Assembly (NCBI RefSeq): GCF_964355755.1 | Contig: NC_092678.1 | Coordinates: 10,724,352-10,788,351 of the forward strand | Source of the DNA: Antedon mediterranea | Lineage: Eukaryota; Animalia; Echinodermata | Length of the DNA stretch: 64,000 bases | Direction: 5' to 3' | In this document: positions 49,530 to 62,800 of the stretch, piece after piece | How positions within the stretch are numbered: position 1 is the first letter of the stretch | How the letters are laid out: every line of letters starts with the position of its first letter | The notes under the pieces: generated by a model | Database searches by the model: none | Seen by the model: the letters and a program-made list of their open reading frames with translations, nothing else | What the model was told of the DNA's origin: nothing | Translations under genes and position numbers: made by a program

Positions 49530-52500
49530 TTGTGTAACCAAGTTCTTTTCGAAAATCACAAAATGGTCTAAAACGTCTCCAAATGCGATTTGAAGCTTTT
49601 CTAAGCACTTTGGTGTTTTTATGTTAACAAGTTTTTTCGAAAATCACAAAATGGTCTAAAACGTCTCAAAATGCGATTTGAAGGTATTCTGAGCACTTTG
49701 GTGTTTTTGTGTGAAAAGTTTTAACGAAATGCTCAAAATGGTCTAAAACGGTTTCTAATGTGATTTTAACCACTTTGATGTTTTTGTGTAACCAAGTTTT
49801 TTCGAAAATCACAAAATGGTCTAAAACGTCTCCAAATGCGATTTGAAGCTTTTCTAAGCACTTTGGTGTTTTTATGTTAACAAGTTTTTTCGAAAATCAC
49901 AAAATGGTCTAAAACGTCTCCAAATGCGATTTGAAGCTATTCTGTACACTTTGATGTTTTGTGTGAAAAAAGTTTTGTCGAAATGCTCAAAATGGTCTAA
50001 AACGTTTTTAAAACGATATTAAGCTATTTTGTGCTCTTTGATGTTTTTGTGTAACCAAGTTTTATCGAAATGAACAAAATGGTCTAAAACGTCTCCAAAT
50101 GCGATTTGAAGCTTTTCTAAGCACTTTGCTGTTTTTATGTTAACAAGTTTTTTCGAAAATCACAAAATGGTCTAAAACGTCTCCAAATGCGATTTGAAGA
50201 TATTCTGAGCACTTTGGTGTTTTTATGTTAAAAAGTTTTTTCGAAAATCACAAAATGGTCTAAAACGTCTCCAAATGCGATTTGAAGCTATTCTGTACAC
50301 TTTGATGTTTTGTGTGAAAAAGTTTTGTCGAAATGCTCAAAATGGTCTAAAACGTTTTTAAAACGATATAAAGCTATTTTGTGCTCTTTGATGTTTTTGT
50401 GTAACCAAGTTATTTCGAAAATCACAAAATGGTCTAAAACGTCTCCAAATGCGATTTGAAGCTTTTCTAAGCACTTTGCTGTTTTTATGTTAACAAGTTT
50501 TTTCGAAAATCACAAAATGGTCTAAAACGTTTTAAAATGCGATTTGAAGGTATTCTGAGCACTTTGGTGTTTTTGTGTGAAAAGTTTTAACGAAATGCTC
50601 AAAATGGTCTAAAACGGTTTCTAATGTGATTTTAACCACTTTGATGTTTTTGTGTAACCAAGTTTTTTCGAAAATCACAAAATGGTCTAAAACGTCTCCA
50701 AATGCGATTTGAAGCTTTTCTAAACACTTTGGTGTTTTTATGTTAACAAGTTTTTTCGAAAATCACAAAATGGTCTAAAACGTCTCCAAATGCGATTTGA
50801 AGCTATTCTGTACACTTTGATGTTTTGTGTGAAAAAGTTTCTCGAAATGCTCAAAATGGTCTAAAACGTTTTCCAATACCATATTAAGCTATTTTGTGCA
50901 ATTTGATGTTTTTGTGTAACCAAGTTTTTTGAAATGCGATTTGAAGATATTCTGAGCACTTTGGTGTTTTTATGTTAAAAAGTTTTTTCGAAAATCACAA
51001 AATGGTCTAAAACGTCTCCAAATGCGATTTGAAGATATTCTGAGCACTTTGGTGTTTTTATGTTAAAAAGTTTTTTCGAAAATCACAAAATGGTCTAAAA
51101 CGTCTCCAAATGCGATTTGAAGCTATTCTGTACACTTTGATGTTTTGTGTGAAAAAGTTTTGTCGAAATGCTCAAAATGGTCTAAAACGTTTTTAAAACG
51201 ATATTAAGCTATTTTGTGCTCTTTGATGTTTTTGTGTAACCAAGTTTTTTCGAAAATCACGAAATGGTCTAAAACGTCTTCAAATGCGATTTGAAGCTTT
51301 TCTAAGCACTTTGGTGTTTTTATGTTAACAAGTTTTTTCGCAAATCACAAAATGGTCTAAAACGTCTCCAAATGCGATTTGAAGATATTCTGAGCACATT
51401 GGTGTTTTTATGTTAAAAAGTTTTGTCGAAATGCTCAAAATGGTCTAAAACGTTTTTAAAACGATATTAAGCTATTTTGTCCTCTTTGATGTTTTTATGT
51501 AACCAAGTTTCATCGAAATGAACAAAATGGTCTAAAACGTCTCCAAATGCGATTTGAAGCTTTTCCAAGCACTTTGCTGTTTTTATGTTAACAAGTTTTT
51601 TCGAAAATCACAAAATGGTCTAAAACGTCTCAAAATGCGATTTGAAGGTATTCTGAGCACTTTGGTGTTTTTGTGTGAAAAGTTTTAACGAAATGCTCAA
51701 AATGGTCTAAAACGGTTTCTAATGTGATTTTAAGCACTTTGATGTTTTTGTATAACCAAGTTTCATCGAAATTCACAAAATGGTCTAAAACGTCTCCAAA
51801 TGCGATTTTAAGCTTTTCTAAGCACTTTGGTGTTTTTATGTTAACAAGGTTTTTCGAAAATCACAAAATGGTCTAAAACGTCTCCAAATGCGATTTGAAG
51901 ATATTCTGAGCACTTTGGTGTTTTTATTTTAACAAGTTTTTTCGAAAATCACAAAATGGTCTAAAACGTCTCAAAATACGATATTAAGCTGTTTTGTGCA
52001 CTTTGATGATTTGTGTGAAAAGTTTTAACGAAATGCTCAAAATGGTCTAAAACGGTTTCTAATGTGATTTTAAGCACTTTGATGTTTTTATGTAGCCAAG
52101 TTTTTTCGAAAATCACAAAATGGTCAAAAACGTCTCCAAATGCGATTTGAAGCTTTTCTAAGCACTTTGGTTTTTTTATGTTAACAAGTTTTTTCGAAAA
52201 TCACAAAATGGTCTAAAACGTCTTCAAATGCGATTTGAAGATATTCTGAGCACTTTGGTGTTTTTCTGTTAAAAAGTATTTTCGAAAATCACAAAATGGT
52301 CTAAAACGTCTCCAAATGCGATTTGAAGCTATTCTGTACACTTTGATGTTTTGTGTGAAAAAGTTTTGTCAAAATGCTCAAAATGGTCTAAAACGTTTTT
52401 AAAACGATATTAAGCTATTTTGTGCTCTTTGATGTGTTTGTATAACCAAGTTTTTTCGAAAATCACAAAATGGTCTAAAACGTCTCCAAATGCGATTTGA

Positions 52501-55500
52501 AGCTTTTCCAAGCACTTTGCTGTTTTTATGTTAACAATTTTTTTCGAAAATCATAAAATGGTCTAAAACGTCTCCAAATGCGATTTGAAGCTATTCTGTA
52601 CACTTTGATGTTTTGTGTGAAAAGTTTTGTCGAAATGCTCAAAATGGTCTAAAACGTTTTTAAAACGATATTAAGCTATTTTGTGCTCTTTGATGTTTTT
52701 GTGTAACCAAGTTTCATCGAAATGAACAAAATGGTCTAAAACGTCTCCAAATGCGATTTGAAGCTTTTCTAAGCACTTTGGTGTTTTTATGTTAACACGT
52801 TTTTTCGAAAATCACAAAATGGTCTAAAACGTCTCCAAATGCGATTTGAAGCTTTTCTAAGCACTTTGGTGTTTTTATGTTAACAAGTTTTTTCGAAAAT
52901 CACAAAATGGTCTAAAACGTCTCAAAATGCGATTTGAAGGTATTCTGAGCACTTTGGTGTTTTTGTGTGAAAAGTTTTAACGAAATGCTCAAAATGGTCT
53001 AAAACGGTTTCTAATGTGATTTTAACCACTTTGATGTTTTTGTGTAACCAAGTTCTTTTCGAAAATCACAAAATGGTCTAAAACGTCTCCAAATGCGATT
53101 TGAAGCTCTTCTGTACACTTTGATGTTTTGTGTGAAAAAGTTTTGTCGAAATGCTCAAAATGGTCTAAAACGTTTTTAAATACGATATTAAGCTGTTTTG
53201 TGCACTTTGATGATTTGTGTGAAAAGTTTTAACGAAATGCTCAAAATAGTCTATAACGGTTTCTAATGTGATTTTAAGCACTTTGATGTTTTTGTGTAAT
53301 CAAGTTTTTTAGGAAATCACAAAATGGTCTAAAACGTCTCCAAATGCGATTTGAAGCTTTTCTAAGCACTTTGGTGTTTTTATGTTAACAAGTTTTTTCG
53401 AAAATCACAAAATGGTCTAAAACGTCTCAAAATGCGATTTGAAGGTATTCTGAGCACTTTGGTGTTTTTGTGTGAAAAGTTTTAACGAAATGCTCAAAAT
53501 GGTCTAAAACGGTTTCTAATGTGATTTTAACCACTTTGATGTTTTTGTGTAACCAAGTTTTTTCGAAAATCACAAAATGGTCTAAAACGTCTCCAAATGC
53601 GATTTGAAGCTATTCTGTACACTTTGATGTTTTGTGTGAAAAAAGTTTTGTCGAAATGCTCAAAATGGTCTAAAACGTTTTTAAAACGATATTAAGCTAT
53701 TTTATGCTCTTTGATGTTTTTGTGTAACCAAGTTTTTTCGAAAATCACAAAATTGTCTAAAACGTCTCCGAATGCGATTTGAAGCTCTTCTGTACACTTT
53801 GATGTTTTGTGTGAAAAAGTTTTCTCGAAATGCTAAAAATGGTATAAAAACGTTTTCCAATACCATATTAAGCTATTTTGTGTAATTTGATGTTTTTGTG
53901 TAACCAAGTTTTTTCGAAAATCACAAAATTGTCTAAAACGTCTCCGAATGCGATTTGAAGCTCTTCTGTACACTTTGATGTTTTGTGTGAAAAAGTTTTC
54001 TCGAAATGCTAAAAATGGTTTAAAACGTTTTCCAATACCATATTAAGCTATTTTGTGCAATTTGATGTTTTTGTGTAACAAAGTTTTTTCGAAAATCACA
54101 AAATGGTCTAAAACGTCTCCAAATGCGATTTGAAGATATTCTGAGCACTTTGGTGTTTTTATGTTAAAAAGTTTTTTGGAAAATCACAAAATGGTCTAAA
54201 ACGACTCCAAATGCGATTTGAAGCTATCCTGTACACTTTGATGTTTTGTGTGAAAAAGTTTTGTCGAAATGCTCAAAATGATCTAAAACGTTTTTAAAAC
54301 GATATTAAGCTATTTTGTGCTCTTTGATGTTTTTGTGTATCCAAGTTTCATCGAAATGAACAAAATGGTCTAAAACGTCTCCAAATGCGATTTGAAGGTA
54401 TTCTGAGCACTTTGGTGTTTTTGTGTGAAAAGTTTTAACGAAATGCTCAAAATGGTCTAAAACGGTTTCTAATGTGATTTTAACCACTTTGATGTTTTTG
54501 TGTAACCAAGTTCTTTTCGAAAATCACAAAATGGTCTAAAACGTCTCCAAATGCGATTTGAAGCTTTTCTAAGCACTTTGGTGTTTTTATGTTAAAAAGT
54601 TTTTTCGAAAATCACAAAATGGTCTAAAACGTCTCCAAATGCGATTTGAAGCTCTTCTGTACACTTTGATGTTTTGTGTGAAAAAGTTTTGTCGAAATGC
54701 TCAAAATGGTCTAAAACGTTTTTAAATACGATATTAAGCTGTTTTGTGCACTTTGATGATTTGTGTGAAAAGTTTTAACGAAATGTTCAAAATAGTCTAA
54801 AACGGTTTCTAATGTGATTTTAAGCACTTTGATGTTTTTGTGTAACCAAGTTTTTTCGGAAATCACAAAATGGTCTAAAACGTCTCAAAATGCGATTTGA
54901 AGCTTTTCTAAGCACTTTGGTGTTTTTATGTTAACAAGTTTTTTCGAAAATCACAAAATGGTCTAAAACGTCTCAAAATGCGATTGAAGGTATTCTGAGC
55001 ACTTTGGTGTTTTTGTGTGAAAAGTTTTAACGAAATGCTCAAAATGGTCTAAAACGGTTCTAATGTGATTTTAAGCACTTTGATGTTTTTGTATAACCAA
55101 GTTTCATCGAAATGCTCAAAATGATGTAAAACGTTTTTAAAACGATATTAAGCTATTTTGTGCTCTTTGATGTTTTTGTGTAACCAAGTTTTTTCGAAAA
55201 TCACAAAATGGTCTAAAACGTCTCCAAATGCGATTTGAAGCTTTTCTAAGCACTTTGGTGTTTTTATGTTAACAAGTTTTTTCGAAAATCACAAAATGGT
55301 CTAAAACGTCTCAAAATGCGATTTGAAGCTCTTCTGTACACTTTGATGTTTTGTGTGAAAAAGTTTTGTCGAAATGCTCAAAATGGTCTAAAACGTTTTT
55401 AAATAAGATATTAAGCTGTTTTGTGCACTTTGATGATTTGTGTGAAAAGTTTTAACGAAATGCTCAAAATAGTCTATAACGGTTTCTAATGTGATTTTAA

Positions 55501-58500
55501 GCACTTTGATGTTTTTGTGTAATCAAGTTTTTTAGGAAATCACAAAATGGTCTAAAACGTCTCCAAATGCGATTTGAAGCTTTTCTAAGCACTTTGGTGT
55601 TTTTATGTTAACAAGTTTTTTCGAAAATCACAAAATGGTCTAAAACGTCTCAAAATGCGATTTGAAGGTATTCTGAGCACTTTGGTGTTTTTGTGTGAAA
55701 AGTTTTAACGAAATGCTCAAAATGGTCTAAAACGGTTTCTAATGTGATTTTAACCACTTTGATGTTTTTGTGTAACCAAGTTTTTTCGAAAATCACAAAA
55801 TGGTCTAAAACGTCTCCAAATGCGATTTGAAGCTATTCTGTACACTTTGATGTTTTGTGTGAAAAAAGTTTTGTCGAAATGCTCAAAATGGTCTAAAACG
55901 TTTTTAAAACGATATTAAGCTATTTTATGCTCTTTGATGTTTTTGTGTAACCAAGTTTTTTCGAAAATCACAAAATTGTCTAAAACGTCTCCGAATGCGA
56001 TTTGAAGCTCTTCTGTACACTTTGATGTTTTGTGTGAAAAAGTTTTCTCGAAATGCTAAAAATGGTATAAAAACGTTTTCCAATACCATATTAAGCTATT
56101 TTGTGCAATTTGATGTTTTTGTGTAACCAAGTTTTTTCGAAAATCACAAAATTGTCTAAAACGTCTCCGAATGCGATTTGAAGCTCTTCTGTACACTTTG
56201 ATGTTTTGTGTGAAAAAGTTTTCTCGAAATGCTAAAAATGGTCTAAAACGTTTTCCAATACCATATTAAGCTATTTTGTGCAATTTGATGTTTTTGTGTA
56301 ACAAAGTTTTTTCGAAAATCACAAAATGGTCTAAAACGTCTCCAAATGCGATTTGAAGATATTCTGAGCACTTTGGTGTTTTTATGTTAAAAAGTTTTTT
56401 GGAAAATCACAAAATGGTCTAAAACGACTCCAAATGCGATTTGAAGCTATCCTGTACACTTTGATGTTTTGTGTGAAAAAGTTTTGTCGAAATGCTCAAA
56501 ATGATCTAAAACGTTTTTAAAACGATATTAAGCTATTTTGTGCTCTTTGATGTTTTTGTGTATCCAAGTTTCATCGAAATGAACAAAATGGTCTAAAACG
56601 TCTCCAAATGCGATTTGAAGGTATTCTGAGCACTTTGGTGTTTTTGTGTGAAAAGTTTTAACGAAATGCTCAAAATGGTCTAAAACGGTTTCTAATGTGA
56701 TTTTAACCACTTTGATGTTTTTGTGTAACCAAGTTCTTTTCGAAAATCACAAAATGGTCTAAAACGTCTCCAAATGCGATTTGAAGCTTTTCTAAGCACT
56801 TTGGTGTTTTTATGTTAAAAAGTTTTTTCGAAAATCACAAAATGGTCTAAAACGTCTCCAAATGCGATTTGAAGCTCTTCTGTACACTTTGATGTTTTGT
56901 GTGAAAAAGTTTTGTCGAAATGCTCAAAATGGTCTAAAACGTTTTTAAATACGATATTAAGCTGTTTTGTGCACTTTGATGATTTGTGTGAAAAGTTTTA
57001 ACGAAATGTTCAAAATAGTCTAAAACGGTTTCTAATGTGATTTTAAGCACTTTGATGTTTTTGTGTAACCAAGTTTTTTCGGAAATCACAAAATGGTCTA
57101 AAACGTCTCAAAATGCGATTTGAAGCTTTTCTAAGCACTTTGGTGTTTTTATGTTAACAAGTTTTTTCGAAAATCACAAAATGGTCTAAAACGTCTCAAA
57201 ATGCGATTGAAGGTATTCTGAGCACTTTGGTGTTTTTGTGTGAAAAGTTTTAACGAAATGCTCAAAATGGTCTAAAACGGTTCTAATGTGATTTTAAGCA
57301 CTTTGATGTTTTTGTATAACCAAGTTTCATCGAAATGCTCAAAATGATGTAAAACGTTTTAAAAACGATATTAAGCTATTTTGTGCTCTTTGATGTTTTT
57401 GTGTAACCAAGTTTTTTCGAAAATCACAAAATGGTCTAAAACGTCTCCAAATGCGATTTGAAGCTTTTCTAAGCACTTTGGTGTTTTTATGTTAACAAGT
57501 TTTTTCGAAAATCACAAAATGGTCTAAAACGTCTCAAAATGCGATTTGAAGGTATTCTGAGCACTTTGGTGTTTTTGTGTGAAAAGTTTTAACGAAATGC
57601 TCAAAATGGTCTAAAACGGTTTCTAATGTGATTTTAACCACTTTGATGTTTTTGTGTAACCAAGTTTTTTCGAAAATCACAAAATGGTCTAAAACGTCTC
57701 CAAATGCGATTTGAAGCTTTTCTAAGCACTTTGGTGTTTTTATGTTAACAAGTTTTTTCGAAAATCACAAAATGGTCTAAAACGTCTCAAATAGCGATTT
57801 GAAGCTATTCTGTACACTTTGATGTTTTGTGTGAAAAAAGTTTTATCGAAATGAACAAAATGGTCTAAAACGTCTCCAAATGCGATTTGAAGCTTTTCCA
57901 AGCACTTTGCTGTTTTTATGTTAACAAGTTTTTTCGAAAATCACAAAATGGTCTAAAACATCTCCAAATGCGATTTGAAGATATTCTGAGCACTTTGGTG
58001 TTTTTATGTTAAAAAGTTTTTTCGAAAATCACAAAATGGTCTAAAACGTCTCCAAATGCGATTTGAAGCTCTTCTGTACACTTTGATGTTTTGTGTGAAA
58101 AAGTTTTGTCAAAATGCTCAAAATGGTCTAAAACGTTTTTAAAACGATATTAAGCTATTTTGTGCTCTTTGATGTTTTTGTATAACCAAGTTTTTTCGAA
58201 AATCACAAAATGGTCTAAAACGTCTCCAAATGCGATTTGAAGATATTCTGAGCACTTTGGTGTTTTTATGTTAAAAAGTTTTTTCGAAAATCACAAAATG
58301 GTCTAAAACGTCTCCAAATGCGATTTGAAGATATTCTGAGCACTTTGGTGTTTTTATGTTAAAAAGTTTTTTCGAAAATCACAAAATGGTCTAAAACGTC
58401 TCCAAATGCGATTTGAAGCTATTCTATACACTTTGATGTTTTGTGTTAAAAAGTTTTGTCGAAATGCTCAAAATGGTTTAAAACGTTTTTAAAACGATAT

Positions 58501-58990
58501 TAAGCTATTTTGTGCTCTTTGATGTTTTTGTGTAACCAAGTTTCATCGAAATGAACAAAATGGTCTAAAACGTCTCCAAATGCGATTTGAAGCTTTTCCA
58601 AGCACTTTGCTGTTTTTATGTTAACAAGTTTTTTCGAAAATCACAAAATTGTCTAAAACGTCTCAAAATGCGATTTGAAGGTATTCTGAGCACTTTGGTG
58701 TTTTTGTGTGAAAAGTTTTAACGAAAAGCTCAAAATGGTCTAAAACGGTTCTAATGTGATTTTAAGCACTTTGATGTTTTTGTACAACCAAGTTTCATCG
58801 AAATGCTCAAAATGGTCTAAAACGTTTTTAAAACGATATTAAGCTATTTTGTGCTCTTTGATGTTTTTGTGTAACCAAGTTTTTTCGAAAATCACAAAAT
58901 GGTCTAAAACGTCTCCAAATGCGATTTGAAGCTTTTCTAAGCACTTTGGTGTTTTTATGTTAACAAGTTTTTTCGAAAATCACAAAATGG
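49530..58990 (+). repeat. ~9.5-kb near-identical duplicate of ~21800-31260
   Basis: Rare variant TATTTCGAAA at 22681 and 50411 (offset 27730); ORF pairs 26575/54305 and 28798/56528; AAAACATCTCC variant at 30229/57960 (offset 27731). Confidence 0.85.
53105..57550 (+). repeat. Second copy of the 2 x 2,223-bp tandem
   Basis: ORFs at 54305 and 56528 (offset 2223); same rare variants as 25375-29820 at offset 27730. Confidence 0.9.
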
Positions 58991-59854
58991 TCTAAAACGT
59001 CTCAAAATGCGATTTGAAGGTATTCTGAGCACTTTGGTGTTTTTGTGTGAAAAGTTTTAACGAAATGCTCAAAATGGTCTAAAACGGTTTCTAATGTGAT
59101 TTTAACCACTTTGATGTTTTTGTGTAACCAAGTTCTTTTCGAAAATCACAAAATGGTCTAAAACGTCTCCAAATGCGATTTGAAGCTTTTCTAAGCACTT
59201 TGGTGTTTTTATGTTAACAAGTTTTTTCGAAAATCACAAAATGGTCTAAAACGTCTCAAAATGCGATTTGAAGGTATTCTAAGCACTTTGGTGTTTTTGT
59301 GTGAAAAGTTTTAACGAAATGCTCAAAATGGTCTAAAACGGTTTCTAATGTGATTTTAAGCACTTTGAAGTATTTGTAAAAACAAGTATCATCGAAATGC
59401 ACAAAATAGTCTAAAACGTCTCCAAATGCGATTTGAAGCTTTTCTAAGCACTTTGGTGTTTTTATGTTAACAAGTTTTTTCGAAAATCACAAAATGGTCT
59501 AAAACGTCTCCAAATGCGATTTGAAGATATTCTGAGCACTTTGGTGTTTTTATGTTAAAAAGTATTTTCGAAAATCACAAAATGGTCTAAAACGTCTCCA
59601 AATGCGATTTGAGGCTCTTCTGTACACTTTGATGTTTTGTGTGAAAAAGTTTAGTCGAAATGCTCAAAATGGTCTAAAACGTTTTTAAAACGATATTAAG
59701 CTATTTTGTGCTCTTTGATGTTTTTGTGTAACCAAGTTTCATCGAAAATCACAAAATGGTCTAAAACATCTCCAAATGCGATTTGAAGATATTCTGAGCA
59801 CTTTGGTGTTTTTATGTTAACAAGTTTTTTCGAAAATCACAAAATGGTCTAAAA

Positions 59855-62800
59855 CGTCTCCAAATGCGATTTGAAGATATTCTGAGCACTTTGGTGTTTT
59901 TATGTTAAAAAGTTTTTTCGAAAATCACAAAATGGTCTAAAACGTCTCCAAATGCGATTTGAAGCTATTCTATACACTTTGATGTTTTGTGTTAAAAAGT
60001 TTTGTCGAAATGCTCAAAATGGTTTAAAACGTTTTTAAAACGATATTAAGCTATTTTGTGCTCTTTGATGTTTTTGTGTAACCAAGTTTCATCGAAATGA
60101 ACAAAATGGTCTAAAACGTCTCCAAATGCGATTTGAAGCTTTTCCAAGCACTTTGCTGTTTTTATGTTAACAAGTTTTTTCGAAAATCACAAAATTGTCT
60201 AAAACGTCTCAAAATGCGATTTGAAGGTATTCTGAGCACTTTGGTGTTTTTGTGTGAAAAGTTTTAACGAAAAGCTCAAAATGGTCTAAAACGGTTCTAA
60301 TGTGATTTTAAGCACTTTGATGTTTTTGTACAACCAAGTTTCATCGAAATGCTCAAAATGGTCTAAAACGTTTTTAAAACGATATTAAGCTATTTTGTGC
60401 TCTTTGATGTTTTTGTGTAACCAAGTTTTTTCGAAAATCACAAAATGGTCTAAAACGTCTCCAAATGCGATTTGAAGCTTTTCTAAGCACTTTGGTGTTT
60501 TTATGTTAACAAGTTTTTTCGAAAATCACAAAATGGTCTAAAACGTCTCAAAATGCGATTTGAAGGTATTCTGAGCACTTTGGTGTTTTTGTGTGAAAAG
60601 TTTTAACGAAATGCTCAAAATGGTCTAAAACGGTTTCTAATGTGATTTTAACCACTTTGATGTTTTTGTGTAACCAAGTTCTTTTCGAAAATCACAAAAT
60701 GGTCTAAAACGTCTCCAAATGCGATTTGAAGCTTTTCTAAGCACTTTGGTGTTTTTATGTTAACAATTTTTTCGAAAATCACAAAATGGTCTAAAACGTC
60801 TCAAAATGCGATTTGAAGGTATTCTGAGCACTTTGGTGTTTTTGTGTGAAAAGTTTTAACGAAATGCTCAAAATGGTCTAAAACGGTTTCTAATGTGATT
60901 TTAACAACTTTGATGTTTTTGTGTAACCAAGTTTTTTCGAAAATCACAAAATGGTCTAAAACGTCTCCAAATGCGATTTGAAGCTTTTCTAAGCACTTTG
61001 GTGTTTTTATGTTAACAAGTTTTTTCGAAAATCACAAAATGGTCTAAAACGTCTCCAAATGCGATTTGAAGATATTCTGAGCACTTTGGTGTTTTTCTGT
61101 TAAAAAGTATTTTCGAAAATCACAAAATGGTCTAAAACGTCTCCAAATGCAATTTGAAGCTATTCTGTACACTTTGATGTTTTGTGTGAAAAAGTTTTGT
61201 CAAAATGCTCAAAATGGTCTAAAACGTTTTTAAAACGATATTAAGCTATTTTGTGCTCTTTGATGTTTTTGTATAACCAAGTTTTTTCGAAAATCACAAA
61301 ATGGTCTAAAACGTCTCCAAATGCGATTTGAAGCTTTTCTAAACACTTTGGTGTTTTTATGTTAACAAGTTTTTTCGAAAATCACAAAATGGTCTAAAAC
61401 GTCTCCAAATCCGATTTGAAGCTATTCTGTACACTTTGATGTTTTGTGTGAAAAAGTTTTGTCGAAATGCTCAAAATGGTCTAAAACGTTTTTAAAACGA
61501 TATTAAGCTATTTTGTGCTCTTTGATGTTTTTGTGTAACCAAGTTTCATCGATATGAACAAAATGGTCTAAAACGTCTCAAAATGCGATTTGAAGGTATT
61601 CTGAGCACTTTGGTGTTTTTGGGTGAAAAGTTTTAACGAAATGCTCAAAATGGTCTAAAACGGTTTCTAATGTGATTTTAAGCACTTTGAAGTATTTGTA
61701 AAAACAAGTTTCATCGAAATGCACAAAATAGTCTAAAACGTCTCCAAATGCGATTTGAAGCTTTTCTAAGCACTTTGGTGTTTTTATGTTAACAAGTTTT
61801 TTCGAAAATCACAAAATGGTCTAAAACGTCTCCAAATGCGATTTGAAGATATTCTGAGCACTTTGGTGTTTTTATGTTAAAAAGTATTTTCGAAAATCAC
61901 AAAATGGTCTAAAACGTCTCCAAATGCGATTTGAAGCTCTTCTGTACACTTTGATGTTTTGTGTGAAAAAGTTTAGTCGAAATGCTCAAAATGGTCTAAA
62001 ACGTTTTTAAAACGATATTAAGCTATTTTGTGCTCTTTGATGTTTTTGTGTAACCAAGTTTCATCGAAATGAACAAAATGGTCTAAAACGTCTCCAAATG
62101 CGATTTGAAGCTTTTCTAAGCACTTTGGTGTTTTTATGTTAACAAGTTTTTTCGAAAATCAAAAAATGGTCTAAAACGTCTCCAAATGCGATTTGAAGAT
62201 ATTCTGAGCACTTTGCTGTTTTTATGTTAACAAGTTTTTTCGAAAATCACAAAATGGTCTAAAACGTCTCAAAATGCTATTTGAAGGTATTCTGAGCACT
62301 TTGGTGTTTTTGTGTGAAAAGTTTTAACGAAATGCTCAAAATGGTCTAAAACGGTTCTAATGTGATTTTAAACACTTTGATGTTTTGTGTGAAAAAGTTT
62401 TGTCAAAATGCTCAAAATGGTCTAAAACGTTTTTAAAACGATATTAAGCTATTTTGTGCTCTTTGATGTTTTTGTATAACCAAGTTTTTTCGAAAATCAC
62501 AAAATGGTCTAAAACGTCTCCAAATGCGATTTGAAGATATTCTGAGCACTTTGGTGTTTTTATGTTAAAAAGTTTTTTCGAAAATCACAAAATGGTCTAA
62601 AACGTCTCCAAATGCGATTTGAAGATATTCTGAGCACTTTGGTGTTTTTATGTTAAAAAGTTTTTTCGAAAATCACAAAATGGTCTAAAACGTCTCCAAA
62701 TGCGATTTGAAGCTATTCTATACACTTTGATGTTTTGTGTTAAAAAGTTTTGTCGAAATGCTCAAAATGGTTTAAAACGTTTTTAAAACGATATTAAGCT

